DNA of 64,000 nucleotides from Verrucomicrobiota bacterium. GTDB taxonomy: Bacteria > Verrucomicrobiota > Verrucomicrobiia > Limisphaerales > AAA164-E04. Position numbers and translations under genes: made by a program. The notes under the pieces were generated by a model, which worked only from the letters and a program-made list of their open reading frames with translations, did not search any database and had not been told where the DNA came from. The stretch is taken from assembly GCA_047947115.1 (NCBI GenBank), contig CP170459.1, forward strand, positions 4,768,001-4,832,000, written 5' to 3'. Positions within the stretch are counted from its first letter, which is position 1. Each line of letters starts with the position of its first letter. Shown here piece by piece: positions 51,701-60,307 of this stretch.

Positions 51701-52293
51701 ATGAGGTGTTGGATTCCAACGACACAGGCACATTCAGGGTTAAGGTTCCAGAATTGGGTGGAGATTACGAATTTGTTGCTAAAGTTTCCAATTCATATGG
51801 ATCATCTACGTCAGCTCCGGTGATCGTTTCTGTCCAAGTCTCCAGTCCCATCATAATAAATCAATCAACGAGCATAACCATGGTTCAAGGAGACCCATTG
51901 GAATTAAATATTAAGGCAATAGGAGGTGGTTTAGCCTATCAGTGGTATAAAGGTGCCGCGAAGATTCCTGATGCCACAAATCATACATTTTTGATTGATA
52001 ATACTGGGAATGGGGATGCGGGAACGTATTTTGTGGTGGTTTCCAACACCAAAGGGATTGTGACCAGCAATCCAATAAAGGTTTCCTTTGGTGTATCAGT
52101 GTCAGTTGAAGCTGATGGTGCTAATATAATTCTAAAAATGAATCCCGGCGACAAAGTTGCCAGTTGGAAGCTGCAAAAGTCCTATGACCTGTTGTTCTGG
52201 GAGGATGTTCAGAATCTGGAAGAAGGGGATTTGGGTCAATTGATTCGGCCAATTGAAGAGGATGTGGTGTTTTACAGGGTGGTGGAGCGGTGA
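48787..52293 (+). CDS. Surface protein: one LamG domain, DxDxDG repeats, and the same Ig stalk as the upstream gene
   Basis: GLVIYFPFD, MDDIRFYDRALS, DADGDGL; the C-terminal ~759 aa are nearly identical to 42802..48600. Confidence 0.9.
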   Translation: MKKIFRLFLGSFLGFVLTQHAQPSWIDDGLVIYFPFDKNVEEMITGELADYTSVKFAADVLGVTNNAIFFNGDEDNILQFESDKLPQGNEPRTVTLWILPAPLSREKVYDLANKGEGWSDKWYSATILDYGAISSSRSYFKLSHTYEQYEALGVTEDITLRMETNSASSGYRINDWDSRRWYQLSWVYQNGVSSLYLNGKEKVTVTDVFDNRQNFYLNTRGRMLSIGGSGFTSSNKFFGAMDDIRFYDRALSASEISELYTYESHDADGDGLNFYEEEALGTSDIKADSDDDGLNDGDEISAKTNPLDPDSDNDSVPDGPEVKLGFDPLLAKSKPLIIRFQGTWIGGNVNVLGEGLHIEPIVAYRGGSNHTIRIKAEPAEGYIFDRWSGSIDSNNPNLRFDVTEDMVLMPIFKEAIPPTIDSTPHIGSLIEGQSQTFQISYSGTAPFTFQWFKDGVEIDNTTTTLSLSNVTSLDAGVYTINVTNEYGTATLDAVTLSVISPIRILSQSGIVNITEGQSLNLVFEYSGTEPAFIQWFKDGVLLDDFDSNVLSKESSAISDSGVYAFTVSNELGTVESNPIAVTVSEYFEPPIVTQFMVSPNPALVGSSLALTTAASGDRPFTFSWYRDDVLLGTSDLPIYSIESVTESASGNYSVIVSNRADQDKSSPITVSVVEPISITEQPQDTLIMENTPLELSVTASGGGQITYTWYRDNKKIDGATSSTYRVPSSTFADTGDYHVVVSDGASTVKSAIASVLVTPFIEPPSILIQPKSKKVNLGDPSSMVVSATGAEPLKYQWYLNGNPITGAIKNFTLFDSVTAADAGTYTVTVTNDAGSVTSVPATLSLILPLQIVDQSGDVSIIQGDSFILEVEVNSPEDVQESYWAKDGSRLPDSAGFTYEVVGASLENTGSYTFHATDGNDWIVSDPMMVQVNQPPVFTTVPEDITASSGQTLMLQWVADGTGTLKYDLLLKNEVLDSNDTGTFRVKVPELGGDYEFVAKVSNSYGSSTSAPVIVSVQVSSPIIINQSTSITMVQGDPLELNIKAIGGGLAYQWYKGAAKIPDATNHTFLIDNTGNGDAGTYFVVVSNTKGIVTSNPIKVSFGVSVSVEADGANIILKMNPGDKVASWKLQKSYDLLFWEDVQNLEEGDLGQLIRPIEEDVVFYRVVER

Positions 52294-52447
52294 TAAGGCG
52301 GCTCCGGCGTTTGTTTACATTACAGACACAGGAAACAAATACCATGATGAAACGTGTCGGTATTTGAAGAGTTCCAAACACAAGGTGACTTTCGCTGATG
52401 CAAAAGGAAAAGGTCTGACAGCATGCAAGGTGTGCGGTGGTCAGTGA
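52291..52447 (+). pseudogene. Orphan 3' fragment of a second nuclease-tail gene
   Basis: AAPAFVYITDTGNKYH...GLTACKVCGGQ* with no nuclease domain upstream. Confidence 0.8.
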
Positions 52448-52580
52448 CGCTTTGGGTTATTAGCGTCTTGTGTTAGGAGAAGGACGATTTCTGTTTAGCT
52501 TAGAGGGTGGGCAAGGGATTTTTTGAAACTTTTTGACACCACTGAGGTATATCTTACGAGTTATAATGAAATGGAATTTT

Positions 52581-52850
52581 ATGAAAAGGATTGTGGGTAG
52601 TCTCATTGTTGCCTCGGTGGCATTTTTGAACACCTTCGGGCAAGGTATTGAAAATAAGCTGTGGGTGGCCAAAGTAGAGCAAGGAGACAATATTATCTTG
52701 GCAAATGAAGGAATTGCCATGTTTTACTTGAATTCTCTGTCCAAAGAGTATGTGATCGCTCCGTTGGACGATTCAATTGAGTATTCAAGCGGAACTTATT
52801 CAAACAGCCAATCCGGATCCAAATACATTTTAATCTCTTGCACTTGGTAA
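52581..52850 (+). CDS. Short secreted hypothetical protein, possibly truncated
   Basis: Signal-peptide-like MKRIVGSLIVASVAFLNTFG; 89 aa. Confidence 0.45.
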   Translation: MKRIVGSLIVASVAFLNTFGQGIENKLWVAKVEQGDNIILANEGIAMFYLNSLSKEYVIAPLDDSIEYSSGTYSNSQSGSKYILISCTW

Positions 52851-52913
52851 ATATTGTGTTGTGGGTAAAGTGGTAACATCATATTTTCGGACCAAAAAAA
52901 CTGGATAAAAAGC

Positions 52914-53390
52914 GTGAAACTAAAATCTTTTAAACTATTGGGCCTCGTTGGGATGAGTATTTTTCTAATGGGCTGTTCTTCAAATTCATCAATCGTTTCA
53001 CTCCATGACGCAGCTTGGAATGGAAATGTGGATGAAATTCAAAAACAATTAAAAGAGGGAGCAGATGTAAATATCAAAAGAGATCAAACTACCCTAGGTC
53101 ACATCGCCGCATTGAAAAAAAATAAGGGGATGATGAAGCTACTGATTGCTAATGGACTTGATTTGAATGCAACTGATAAAAATGGAGCAATGCCATTACA
53201 CGTTGCAGTACCCATGGGAGATATGGATATGGTTGAATTATTGTTGAAAGAAAAAATACAACTAAATCATCAAATCGAATTTGGAAAATACAAGGGTAAG
53301 ACAGCCCTAAATATGGCATATGATTTCAAACAGAATGAAATTGCCGAAATGCTTAAAGAAAACGGAGCCAAAAAGGGTGAAGAATTGTAA
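52914..53390 (+). CDS. Ankyrin-repeat lipoprotein
   Basis: Lipobox LMGC; ankyrin motifs LHDAAWNG, GADVN, GAMPLHVA, GKTALNMA. Confidence 0.88.
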   Translation: MKLKSFKLLGLVGMSIFLMGCSSNSSIVSLHDAAWNGNVDEIQKQLKEGADVNIKRDQTTLGHIAALKKNKGMMKLLIANGLDLNATDKNGAMPLHVAVPMGDMDMVELLLKEKIQLNHQIEFGKYKGKTALNMAYDFKQNEIAEMLKENGAKKGEEL

Positions 53391-53630
53391 TTGCACAAGG
53401 ATTTCGACCTGCTAATTGTGTAGAAAAGAAAAAATTGTAGAGCAGAATCATTTGTCTCTACAGTCCGATTGTTATTAGCTCTTTAAACACAAGGTTACAA
53501 ATATTTTACGGGGTATTCAGCTAATTTGTTAAATTTTAATTTGTGCCTCTCTTGTATTCAATAAGCACGAATGCATTTCGTTCCTCATCGTATGCCAAAG
53601 AATCAATACGGAATTCGCCAACGGTAAATT

Positions 53631-54265
53631 CGGATGGAACAGGAACTCTGAAATATGATTTGATTTTGAACAATGAGGTAATTGATTCCAACGACACAGG
53701 CACATTCAGGGTGAAGGTGCCAGAATTGGATGGAGATTACGAACTTGTTGCTAAAGTTTCCAGCTCATATGGATCATCCACATCAGCTCCTGTGATCGTT
53801 TCTGTTCAACTCTCCAGTCCAATGATCATAGATCAATCAACGAGCATCACCATGGTTCAAGGAGACCCATTGGAATTGCATATTGATGCTATTGGAGGTG
53901 GTTTGTCTTATCAGTGGTACAAAGGTGCCGCGAAGGTTCCTGATGCAAATAGTCCTGTATTTATTATTGATGAAACAGGGGAAGGAGATGCCGGGACTTA
54001 CTTTGCGGTGGTTTCCAACAGCAAAGGAATTGTGACCAGCAATCCGATCAAGGTTTCCTTTGGTGTAGCTGTGAGTGTTGAAGCAGATGGTGCCAATATT
54101 GTTTTACAAATGAATTCCGGCGACAAAGCTGCCAGTTGGAAGCTGCAAAAGTCGTATGACCTGTTGTTCTGGGAGGAGGTGCAGAATCTGGAAGAAGGTG
54201 ATTTGGCTGGGTTAATTCGGCCAATTGAAGAGGATGTGGTGTTTTACAGGGTGGTGGAGCGGTGA
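53631..54265 (+). pseudogene. Third, 5'-truncated copy of the Ig-stalk C-terminus
   Basis: Homology starts abruptly at DGTGTLKYDL; no signal peptide; ends FYRVVER. Confidence 0.85.
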
Positions 54266-54300
54266 TTGGCGACTTTAGATTACTAATTTAAAATTATCGT

Positions 54301-55482
54301 ATGAACAATATTTCGTGTCCTCATTGTGGAAAAGCATTCAAGGTTGATGAGACCGGATATGCTGACATTCTTAAACAAGTTCGTAATAAAGAATTTGAAA
54401 AACAGCTTCACGAAAGACTGGAATTGGCCGAGAAGGATAAACTCAATGCCGTGGAACTTGCCAAGGCAAAGCTAATTGCAGAGCTTAGTAATGAGACTCA
54501 ACAGAAGGAAGCGACTATCAGGGAGCTATCCGCTCAGTTGGAATCTCAAAAGACGAAACAGGAGCTAGAGATTGTCAATGCAGTTGCTGAAGCCAAGACG
54601 GAACTAGACGCGTTGAAATTCAAACTAGAGCAGGCTGCTCTCGAAAAACAGATTTCAGACAATGCAATTACTGAGAAATATGAAATTCGCCTCAAAGATC
54701 GTGATGCGGAGATAGAGCGTCTAAAGGATTTCAAAGCTAAACTATCCACCAAAATGGTAGGTGAAACCCTTGAACAGCATTGCGAGAATGAGTTCAACCG
54801 AATCCGTGCAACTGCATTTCCAAAAGCTTATTTCGAGAAGGACACTAATATTAGTTCAGGAAGTAAGGGTGATTTCATCTTCAGGGACATGGACGATGCT
54901 GAGACTGAAATTGTGTCAATCATGTTTGAGATGAAGAACGAGAATGACACAACCGCGACAAAAAAGAAAAATGAAGACTTTTTTAAGGAACTGGACAAAG
55001 ATCGAAACGAGAAAGGTTGTGAATATGCTATTCTTGTCTCGCTGCTGGAACCCAACAATGAGTTTTACAATTCAGGTATCGTCGATGTGTCTTACCGTTA
55101 CAAAAAGATGTACGTCATAAGGCCTCAGTTTTTCATTCCAATGATTACCCTGCTGAGGGACGCTGCTATGAATTCCTTGAGTTATAAAAATGAACTCGCT
55201 TTGGTTAAATCACAGAATATTGATGTGACCAATTTTGAGAATGATTTGGAACAATTCAAAACGGCGTTTGGAAGAAATTATTCTCTGGCATCTGAGCATT
55301 TCCAGAAAGCTGTAGACGAAATCGATAAATCCATTTCACACCTTCAGAAGACAAGAGAAAGATTACTGAAGTCCGATAATCAACTCCGCCTAGCAAACGA
55401 CAAAGCTCAGGACGTAACCGTTAAAAAGCTCACTCGTAATAATCCCACGATGAAGGCGAAATTTGAAGAAGCTAGACAATAG
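54301..55482 (+). CDS. DUF2130 family protein (Zn-ribbon, coiled coil, RmuC-like nuclease-fold C-terminus)
   Basis: CPHCGKAFKVDETGYADILKQVR, STKMVGETLEQHC, KGDFIFR, IMFEMKNE. Confidence 0.85.
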   Translation: MNNISCPHCGKAFKVDETGYADILKQVRNKEFEKQLHERLELAEKDKLNAVELAKAKLIAELSNETQQKEATIRELSAQLESQKTKQELEIVNAVAEAKTELDALKFKLEQAALEKQISDNAITEKYEIRLKDRDAEIERLKDFKAKLSTKMVGETLEQHCENEFNRIRATAFPKAYFEKDTNISSGSKGDFIFRDMDDAETEIVSIMFEMKNENDTTATKKKNEDFFKELDKDRNEKGCEYAILVSLLEPNNEFYNSGIVDVSYRYKKMYVIRPQFFIPMITLLRDAAMNSLSYKNELALVKSQNIDVTNFENDLEQFKTAFGRNYSLASEHFQKAVDEIDKSISHLQKTRERLLKSDNQLRLANDKAQDVTVKKLTRNNPTMKAKFEEARQ

Positions 55483-55536
55483 GTTTGGATATTCCTGCTA
55501 AAAGAATCGGAAAATTAAATTAATGTGAATAATTGG

Positions 55537-55689
55537 CCCCAGATGGAAGCAGTCTATCAACTCGAACGTCTGTTTGCTTGGCTCTTCAACTTCAGGGACT
55601 GGTTGTGCGTTACCCCAGATGGAAGCAGTCTATCAACTCGAACGTCTGTTTGCTTGGCTCTTCAACTTCAGGGACTGGTTGTGCGTTAC
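55537..55689. repeat. Perfect 76-bp tandem duplication
   Basis: 55537-55612 is identical to 55613-55688. Confidence 0.97.
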
Positions 55690-55773
55690 GAATACGATGC
55701 TTTAAATTTTATCGGGTTCATCCACCTTGCCTGTGCGATGATCCTAATGCGGCCTTTATGAGATAGCTTCTAA
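55541..55773 (+). mobile_element. IS5-family remnant: transposase C-terminus and right end
   Basis: [11 protein letters not shown], then a 1-nt shift to [26 protein letters not shown], followed by TTATGAGATAGCTTCTA. This matches the usual IS5 transposase end pattern. Confidence 0.7.
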
Positions 55774-55938
55774 TGTCCACGATCATATTCCTGTCGTCAA
55801 TCTGTTGAAGCGAGGATGGAATCTCTCCAAGTCCTACATAAAAAGAGCGATAGGAGCATGTTGCATCGTCAAAAATAGCAAATCAAACCTCCCTCATTTG
55901 AACTAGTACTTCGACTGGTCCGAATACTATTGATTATT

Positions 55939-57219
55939 TCAATTCCTCACCCGGTAGAAGCGTTTCTCAGCTCCCTCGTCTAGGTCGACTTCAGTGGTGC
56001 CATCCTCACCAATGACAACGGATCGCCACTCGCTCCATGGGCCGTCAGCGGTGTCGGCCACTTCGATAATAACAGATTGCCCAAATTCACCAGTGACTGT
56101 GACTGCTGGCACCAATCGAAGACTTACTTGAGGTGATGTTATGGGCGGTGGGTCAATAGTTACGGTTGGTTCGGAGGCATAACCTTTGCCTGCGTTGATG
56201 ATTTCAATTGAAGTAACCCGCCCAGAAGTTAAAACAGCGACGGCTACTGCACCGCTACCACCACCGCCAGTAATCGTTACTGCGGGAACTTCGACGTAGC
56301 CAGCACCCTCCTGAGTAATTTCTGCACCAATGACAAAACCATTGGCAAGAACCACTTTTGCCAACGCGTGATAGGCATTTGATGAAGTAGGATTTTGTGT
56401 GCTAGAGGACAGAAAAAAGCCAGCTGGCCAAAGTCTTTCAAGTGATAAGCGATTTGCCTCTGATTGGGTATGAAACGCAGCGGGAATTGTAACTGAGGTC
56501 ATGCTACTGCACCCAGAGAAGGCCCAGTCCCCAATGCTGGAGACGCCATCTGGGATGGTGATTGAGGTCAGGCTACTGCACTCATTGAAGGTCGCATACC
56601 CAATGCTGGTGATGCTGTCTGGGACGGTGACTGAGGTCATGCTACTGCACCCAGAGAAGGCCCAGTCCCCAATGCTGGAGACGCCATCTGGGATGGTGAT
56701 TGAGGTCAGGCTACTGCACTCATTGAAGGTCCTATACCCAATGCTGGTGATGCTGTCTGGGACGGTGACTGAGGTCATGCTACTGCACCCAGAGAAGGCC
56801 CAGTCCCCAATGCTGGAGACGCCATCTGGGATGGTGATTGAGGTCAGGCTACTGCACTCATTGAAGGTCGCATACCCAATGCTGGTGATGCTGTCTGGGA
56901 CGGTGACTGAGGTCAGGCTGCTGCACCCAGAGAAGGCCCAATCCCCAATGCTGGAGACGCTGTCTGGGATGGTGATTGAGGTCAGGCTACTGCACTCATA
57001 GAAGGCTTTAAACCCAATTCTATCGACAGGTAAACCCTCGATTTTGTCTGGAATGACCAGCGCGCCTTTAGCAGACCGATTGCAGGCGGTAATGGTAATC
57101 GTCACCTGACTATCGGAAATTTTGTAGGTGAGATCACCGATCTGGCCAGCTCGAACGTTGGAACTAAGGACTGAAAGAACCAACACCAACCAGATGAAAT
57201 GCATTACGGGCTTTCTCAT
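55939..57219 (-). CDS. BspA-type leucine-rich-repeat (LRR_5) surface protein
   Basis: Signal peptide; repeats of CSSLTSITIPDSVSSIGDWAF; G.GY...P.VTITGGGGSGA motif; ends FYRVRN. Confidence 0.92.
   Translation of the reverse strand: MRKPVMHFIWLVLVLSVLSSNVRAGQIGDLTYKISDSQVTITITACNRSAKGALVIPDKIEGLPVDRIGFKAFYECSSLTSITIPDSVSSIGDWAFSGCSSLTSVTVPDSITSIGYATFNECSSLTSITIPDGVSSIGDWAFSGCSSMTSVTVPDSITSIGYRTFNECSSLTSITIPDGVSSIGDWAFSGCSSMTSVTVPDSITSIGYATFNECSSLTSITIPDGVSSIGDWAFSGCSSMTSVTIPAAFHTQSEANRLSLERLWPAGFFLSSSTQNPTSSNAYHALAKVVLANGFVIGAEITQEGAGYVEVPAVTITGGGGSGAVAVAVLTSGRVTSIEIINAGKGYASEPTVTIDPPPITSPQVSLRLVPAVTVTGEFGQSVIIEVADTADGPWSEWRSVVIGEDGTTEVDLDEGAEKRFYRVRN
56490..57000 (-). repeat. Intragenic LRR repeats: 69-bp units alternating to give a near-perfect 138-bp period
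   Basis: Directly visible near-identical DNA repeats. Confidence 0.92.
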
Positions 57220-57629
57220 ATTGTCTCAGTATTACCACAAGTAGAATTGTCCATTCAACATTTTTGAGAGAAAACGTGTTTAGCATTAAATAGCCACAGC
57301 AAAATGAAATCGCACTATAATCAGGTTTTTCACCACCAACAATGTTCTGCGTCACTTTATTTGCTGAAAATAAGTGGAAAAATTTCGCGTAATTCAAGAG
57401 AGCGATCCAATTTTCCCGCAGAAGATCGTCAACAGACAACCTCATCATATCGGCATACATGCTCCTTTCTTAGCATGATGCCATACTTTTCGACTGTCAC
57501 TTTCCTGATCCCGACCCGCCGCACTTTTCGACTGGCGCCCACATTCATGTGGTGAGATGGAATTGAATCAACGGTTCATTTCTTGCTTGTTTGTTGGTGG
57601 TAATATGTGGATATTAACCCCTTACATAT

Positions 57630-59096
57630 ATGTTTGAGCAGGCATTCAGAAACATTGATGATGTCCTTTGGAAAGAAGCGGGTTGTTCTTCCGAATTGGA
57701 TTATGCGGAGCAGACTTCATGGTTGCTGTTCCTTAAGTACTTAGACGATCTAGAAGAGGCACGTCAATTGGAGGCCTCTCTCGAGGGCAAGATTTATTAC
57801 CCCATACTTTCCGATGAGTTTCGTTGGTCTGCTTGGGCCGCACCCAAAGATTCTGACGGTCAATTTGATCACAATCGTGCTTTGACTGGCCCAGATTTGA
57901 TTGATTTCGTCAATCAGAAGCTCATTCCGTACTTGAAGACCTTCAAAGGACGAGCTGAGAGTTCAGATACCATTGAATACAAGATTGGGGAAATCTTCAG
58001 TGAGATCAGCAACAAATTCCGAAGTGGGTATTCCTTACGTGATGCTCTTGAACACGTGGATGCCCTGCAATTCCGTTCTCAACAGCAGAAACATGAGCTT
58101 TCAGCACTGTATGAGGAAAAGATCAAACGGATGGGAAATGCTGGGCGTAACGGTGGTGAATATTACACTCCGCGTACCCTCATTCGCGCCATCATTCAAG
58201 TGATGAAGCCAATGATTGGAGAACGTATTTACGATGGAGCATGTGGATCTGCTGGCTTCCTTTGTGAGGCATATGAGTATTTGCGTGGTTCTGATCTAAA
58301 TGCAGATCAGCTAACGACTCTTCAGCGAAAAACTCTATACGGAAAGGAAAAGAAATCGTTGGCGTACATCATCGGGATCATGAACCTCATTCTCCATGGG
58401 GTGGAAGCTCCAAACATTATTCATTCCAACACACTTGCCGATCATGATCAGGATGTTCAGGATAAAGATCGGTATGACGTAATTTTGGCAAACCCGCCAT
58501 TCGGTGGAAAAGAACGTAAAGAAGTTCAGCAGAATTTCCCCATCAAAACCGGAGAAACTGCATTTCTGTTCCTGCAACACTTCATTCGCATGTTGCGTGC
58601 AGGTGGGCGTGGTGCGGTGGTGATAAAGAACACATTCCTTTCCAATTCTGATAATGCATCAGTTGCATTGAGGAAGGAGCTGCTTGCGTCGTGTAACCTC
58701 CACACCGTTCTTGATTGTCCCGGTGGAACATTTCAAGGGGCAGGTGTGAAGACGGTGGTGCTGTTTTTTGAAAAAGGATCTCCAACAAGAAAGATATGGT
58801 TCTACCAGCTTACAGAAGAGAAGCTGGGTCGCAGGCTCGGAAAAACCAATCCTCTCAATGATGAGGATCTGAGTGAGTTTGTTGATCTACAGAAGACCTT
58901 TGCCGATTCTCAATACTCATGGAGTGTTGGTGCCAGCACGGTTGATGAGGGAACCTGTGATCTGTCGGTAAAGAATCCGAACAAACAGGAGGAGTCTGAA
59001 TTGCGTGATCCGGAGGTTATTTTGGATGAGATTGCTGCACTTGATGACGAAAGTGCAGAGGTCTTACTTGGTATAAGGAATACTTTTCGTTCATGA
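57630..59096 (+). CDS. hsdM: Type I R-M methyltransferase subunit
   Basis: GEYYTPR, DGACGSAGFL (SAM binding), ANPPFGG (N6-adenine motif IV). Confidence 0.95.
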   Translation: MFEQAFRNIDDVLWKEAGCSSELDYAEQTSWLLFLKYLDDLEEARQLEASLEGKIYYPILSDEFRWSAWAAPKDSDGQFDHNRALTGPDLIDFVNQKLIPYLKTFKGRAESSDTIEYKIGEIFSEISNKFRSGYSLRDALEHVDALQFRSQQQKHELSALYEEKIKRMGNAGRNGGEYYTPRTLIRAIIQVMKPMIGERIYDGACGSAGFLCEAYEYLRGSDLNADQLTTLQRKTLYGKEKKSLAYIIGIMNLILHGVEAPNIIHSNTLADHDQDVQDKDRYDVILANPPFGGKERKEVQQNFPIKTGETAFLFLQHFIRMLRAGGRGAVVIKNTFLSNSDNASVALRKELLASCNLHTVLDCPGGTFQGAGVKTVVLFFEKGSPTRKIWFYQLTEEKLGRRLGKTNPLNDEDLSEFVDLQKTFADSQYSWSVGASTVDEGTCDLSVKNPNKQEESELRDPEVILDEIAALDDESAEVLLGIRNTFRS

Positions 59097-60292
59097 AAAC
59101 CACTGCAGTTAAATCAAATTTACCTACAAAATGGGTAATAAAGACCATAGGTGAGTTGTGTGATGTCGCCAGAGGAGGTTCACCTAGGCCTATAAAAAGT
59201 TTTATTACTGCCGACCCCGATGGGATTAACTGGATTAAAATAAGCGATGCTACAGCCAGTGGAAAATATATCTACAAAACCGAACAAAAAATAAAACCTG
59301 AAGGTGTTTCTCGTTCTAGATTTGTGAAGCCGAATGATTTTTTGCTTTCAAATTCTATGAGTTTTGGCAAGCCATACATCCTAAAGACATCGGGGTGCAT
59401 ACATGATGGCTGGCTAGTCTTGTCTGATAAAAAAGGCGAATTTAAACAGGATTACCTATATCATTACCTAAGTTCCTCACAGGCGTATTCCCAGTTTGAT
59501 AATCTTGCTGCCGGTTCAACAGTTCGTAATTTAAATACAGATGCAGTTCGCAAAGTAAAAGTCCCAATCCCACCCCTCGCCGAACAGGAACGAATTGTAT
59601 CCATCCTTGATGAAGCATTTGCCGCCATTGAAACCGCCACCGCCAATGCCGAAAAGAATCTGCAAAACGCTCGTGAACTGTTTCAGTCGGTGCTGCAGGA
59701 TACGTTTTCAAAGAAGGGGGATGATTGGGTGGAGGTAACTTTGGGGGAGATAGGTCCAGTTTCAATGTGTAAAAGGGTATTGAAAAAGCAAACTACACCA
59801 ACGGGTGAAATACCATTTTTTAAAATTGGAACTTTCGGTAAAGAGCCAGATGCCTACATCTCCCGCAATCTTTATGAAGATTACTTGAAAAAATACGCAT
59901 TTCCAAAGCCCGGCGATATTCTTATTTCTGCATCTGGAACAATCGGCAGGCGCGTCATATACGATGGAGAACCTGCATACTTTCAGGATAGCAACATTGT
60001 GTGGTTAGATAATCCGGAAAAAATTATCAGCAACAAACTCCTTTTCCATTTTTACGGTATCTGCAAGTGGAATGCATCTAAAGGTGCGACAATCGCTAGA
60101 CTTTATAATGATGATTTAAGAAGAATCCGGCTATGTGTTCCCCCATTTCACACCCAACAGGCCATAGTCAAAAAACTAGATTCCCTATCCGAAGAAACGA
60201 GACGCTTGGTGTCAATCTACCAACGTAAAAAAGCCGCTCTTGCTGAACTCAAGCAGTCGCTGCTGCAAAAGGCTTTCACCGGTCAACTCTGA
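59093..60292 (+). CDS. hsdS: Type I R-M specificity subunit
   Basis: Two TRDs, followed by the conserved segments PPLAEQERIV and PPFHTQQAIV...SLLQKAFTGQL. Confidence 0.95.
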   Translation: MKTTAVKSNLPTKWVIKTIGELCDVARGGSPRPIKSFITADPDGINWIKISDATASGKYIYKTEQKIKPEGVSRSRFVKPNDFLLSNSMSFGKPYILKTSGCIHDGWLVLSDKKGEFKQDYLYHYLSSSQAYSQFDNLAAGSTVRNLNTDAVRKVKVPIPPLAEQERIVSILDEAFAAIETATANAEKNLQNARELFQSVLQDTFSKKGDDWVEVTLGEIGPVSMCKRVLKKQTTPTGEIPFFKIGTFGKEPDAYISRNLYEDYLKKYAFPKPGDILISASGTIGRRVIYDGEPAYFQDSNIVWLDNPEKIISNKLLFHFYGICKWNASKGATIARLYNDDLRRIRLCVPPFHTQQAIVKKLDSLSEETRRLVSIYQRKKAALAELKQSLLQKAFTGQL

Positions 60293-60307
60293 TCCAAATC
60301 CATAGAA

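Noticed and set aside
55537..55689. Mini-CRISPR
   Set aside because: Two abutting copies with no spacer, inside an IS remnant.
56501..57001. Repetitive 166-aa plus-strand ORF
   Set aside because: It is the antisense reading of the LRR repeats.
36353..57300. Integron cassette array or diversity-generating retroelement behind the repeated segments
   Set aside because: No tyrosine integrase, attC sites or reverse transcriptase were seen, and differences between copies are not adenine-specific.
59093..60292. Phase-variable hsdS shufflon
   Set aside because: Single hsdS; no silent TRD copies or flanking inverted repeats were seen.
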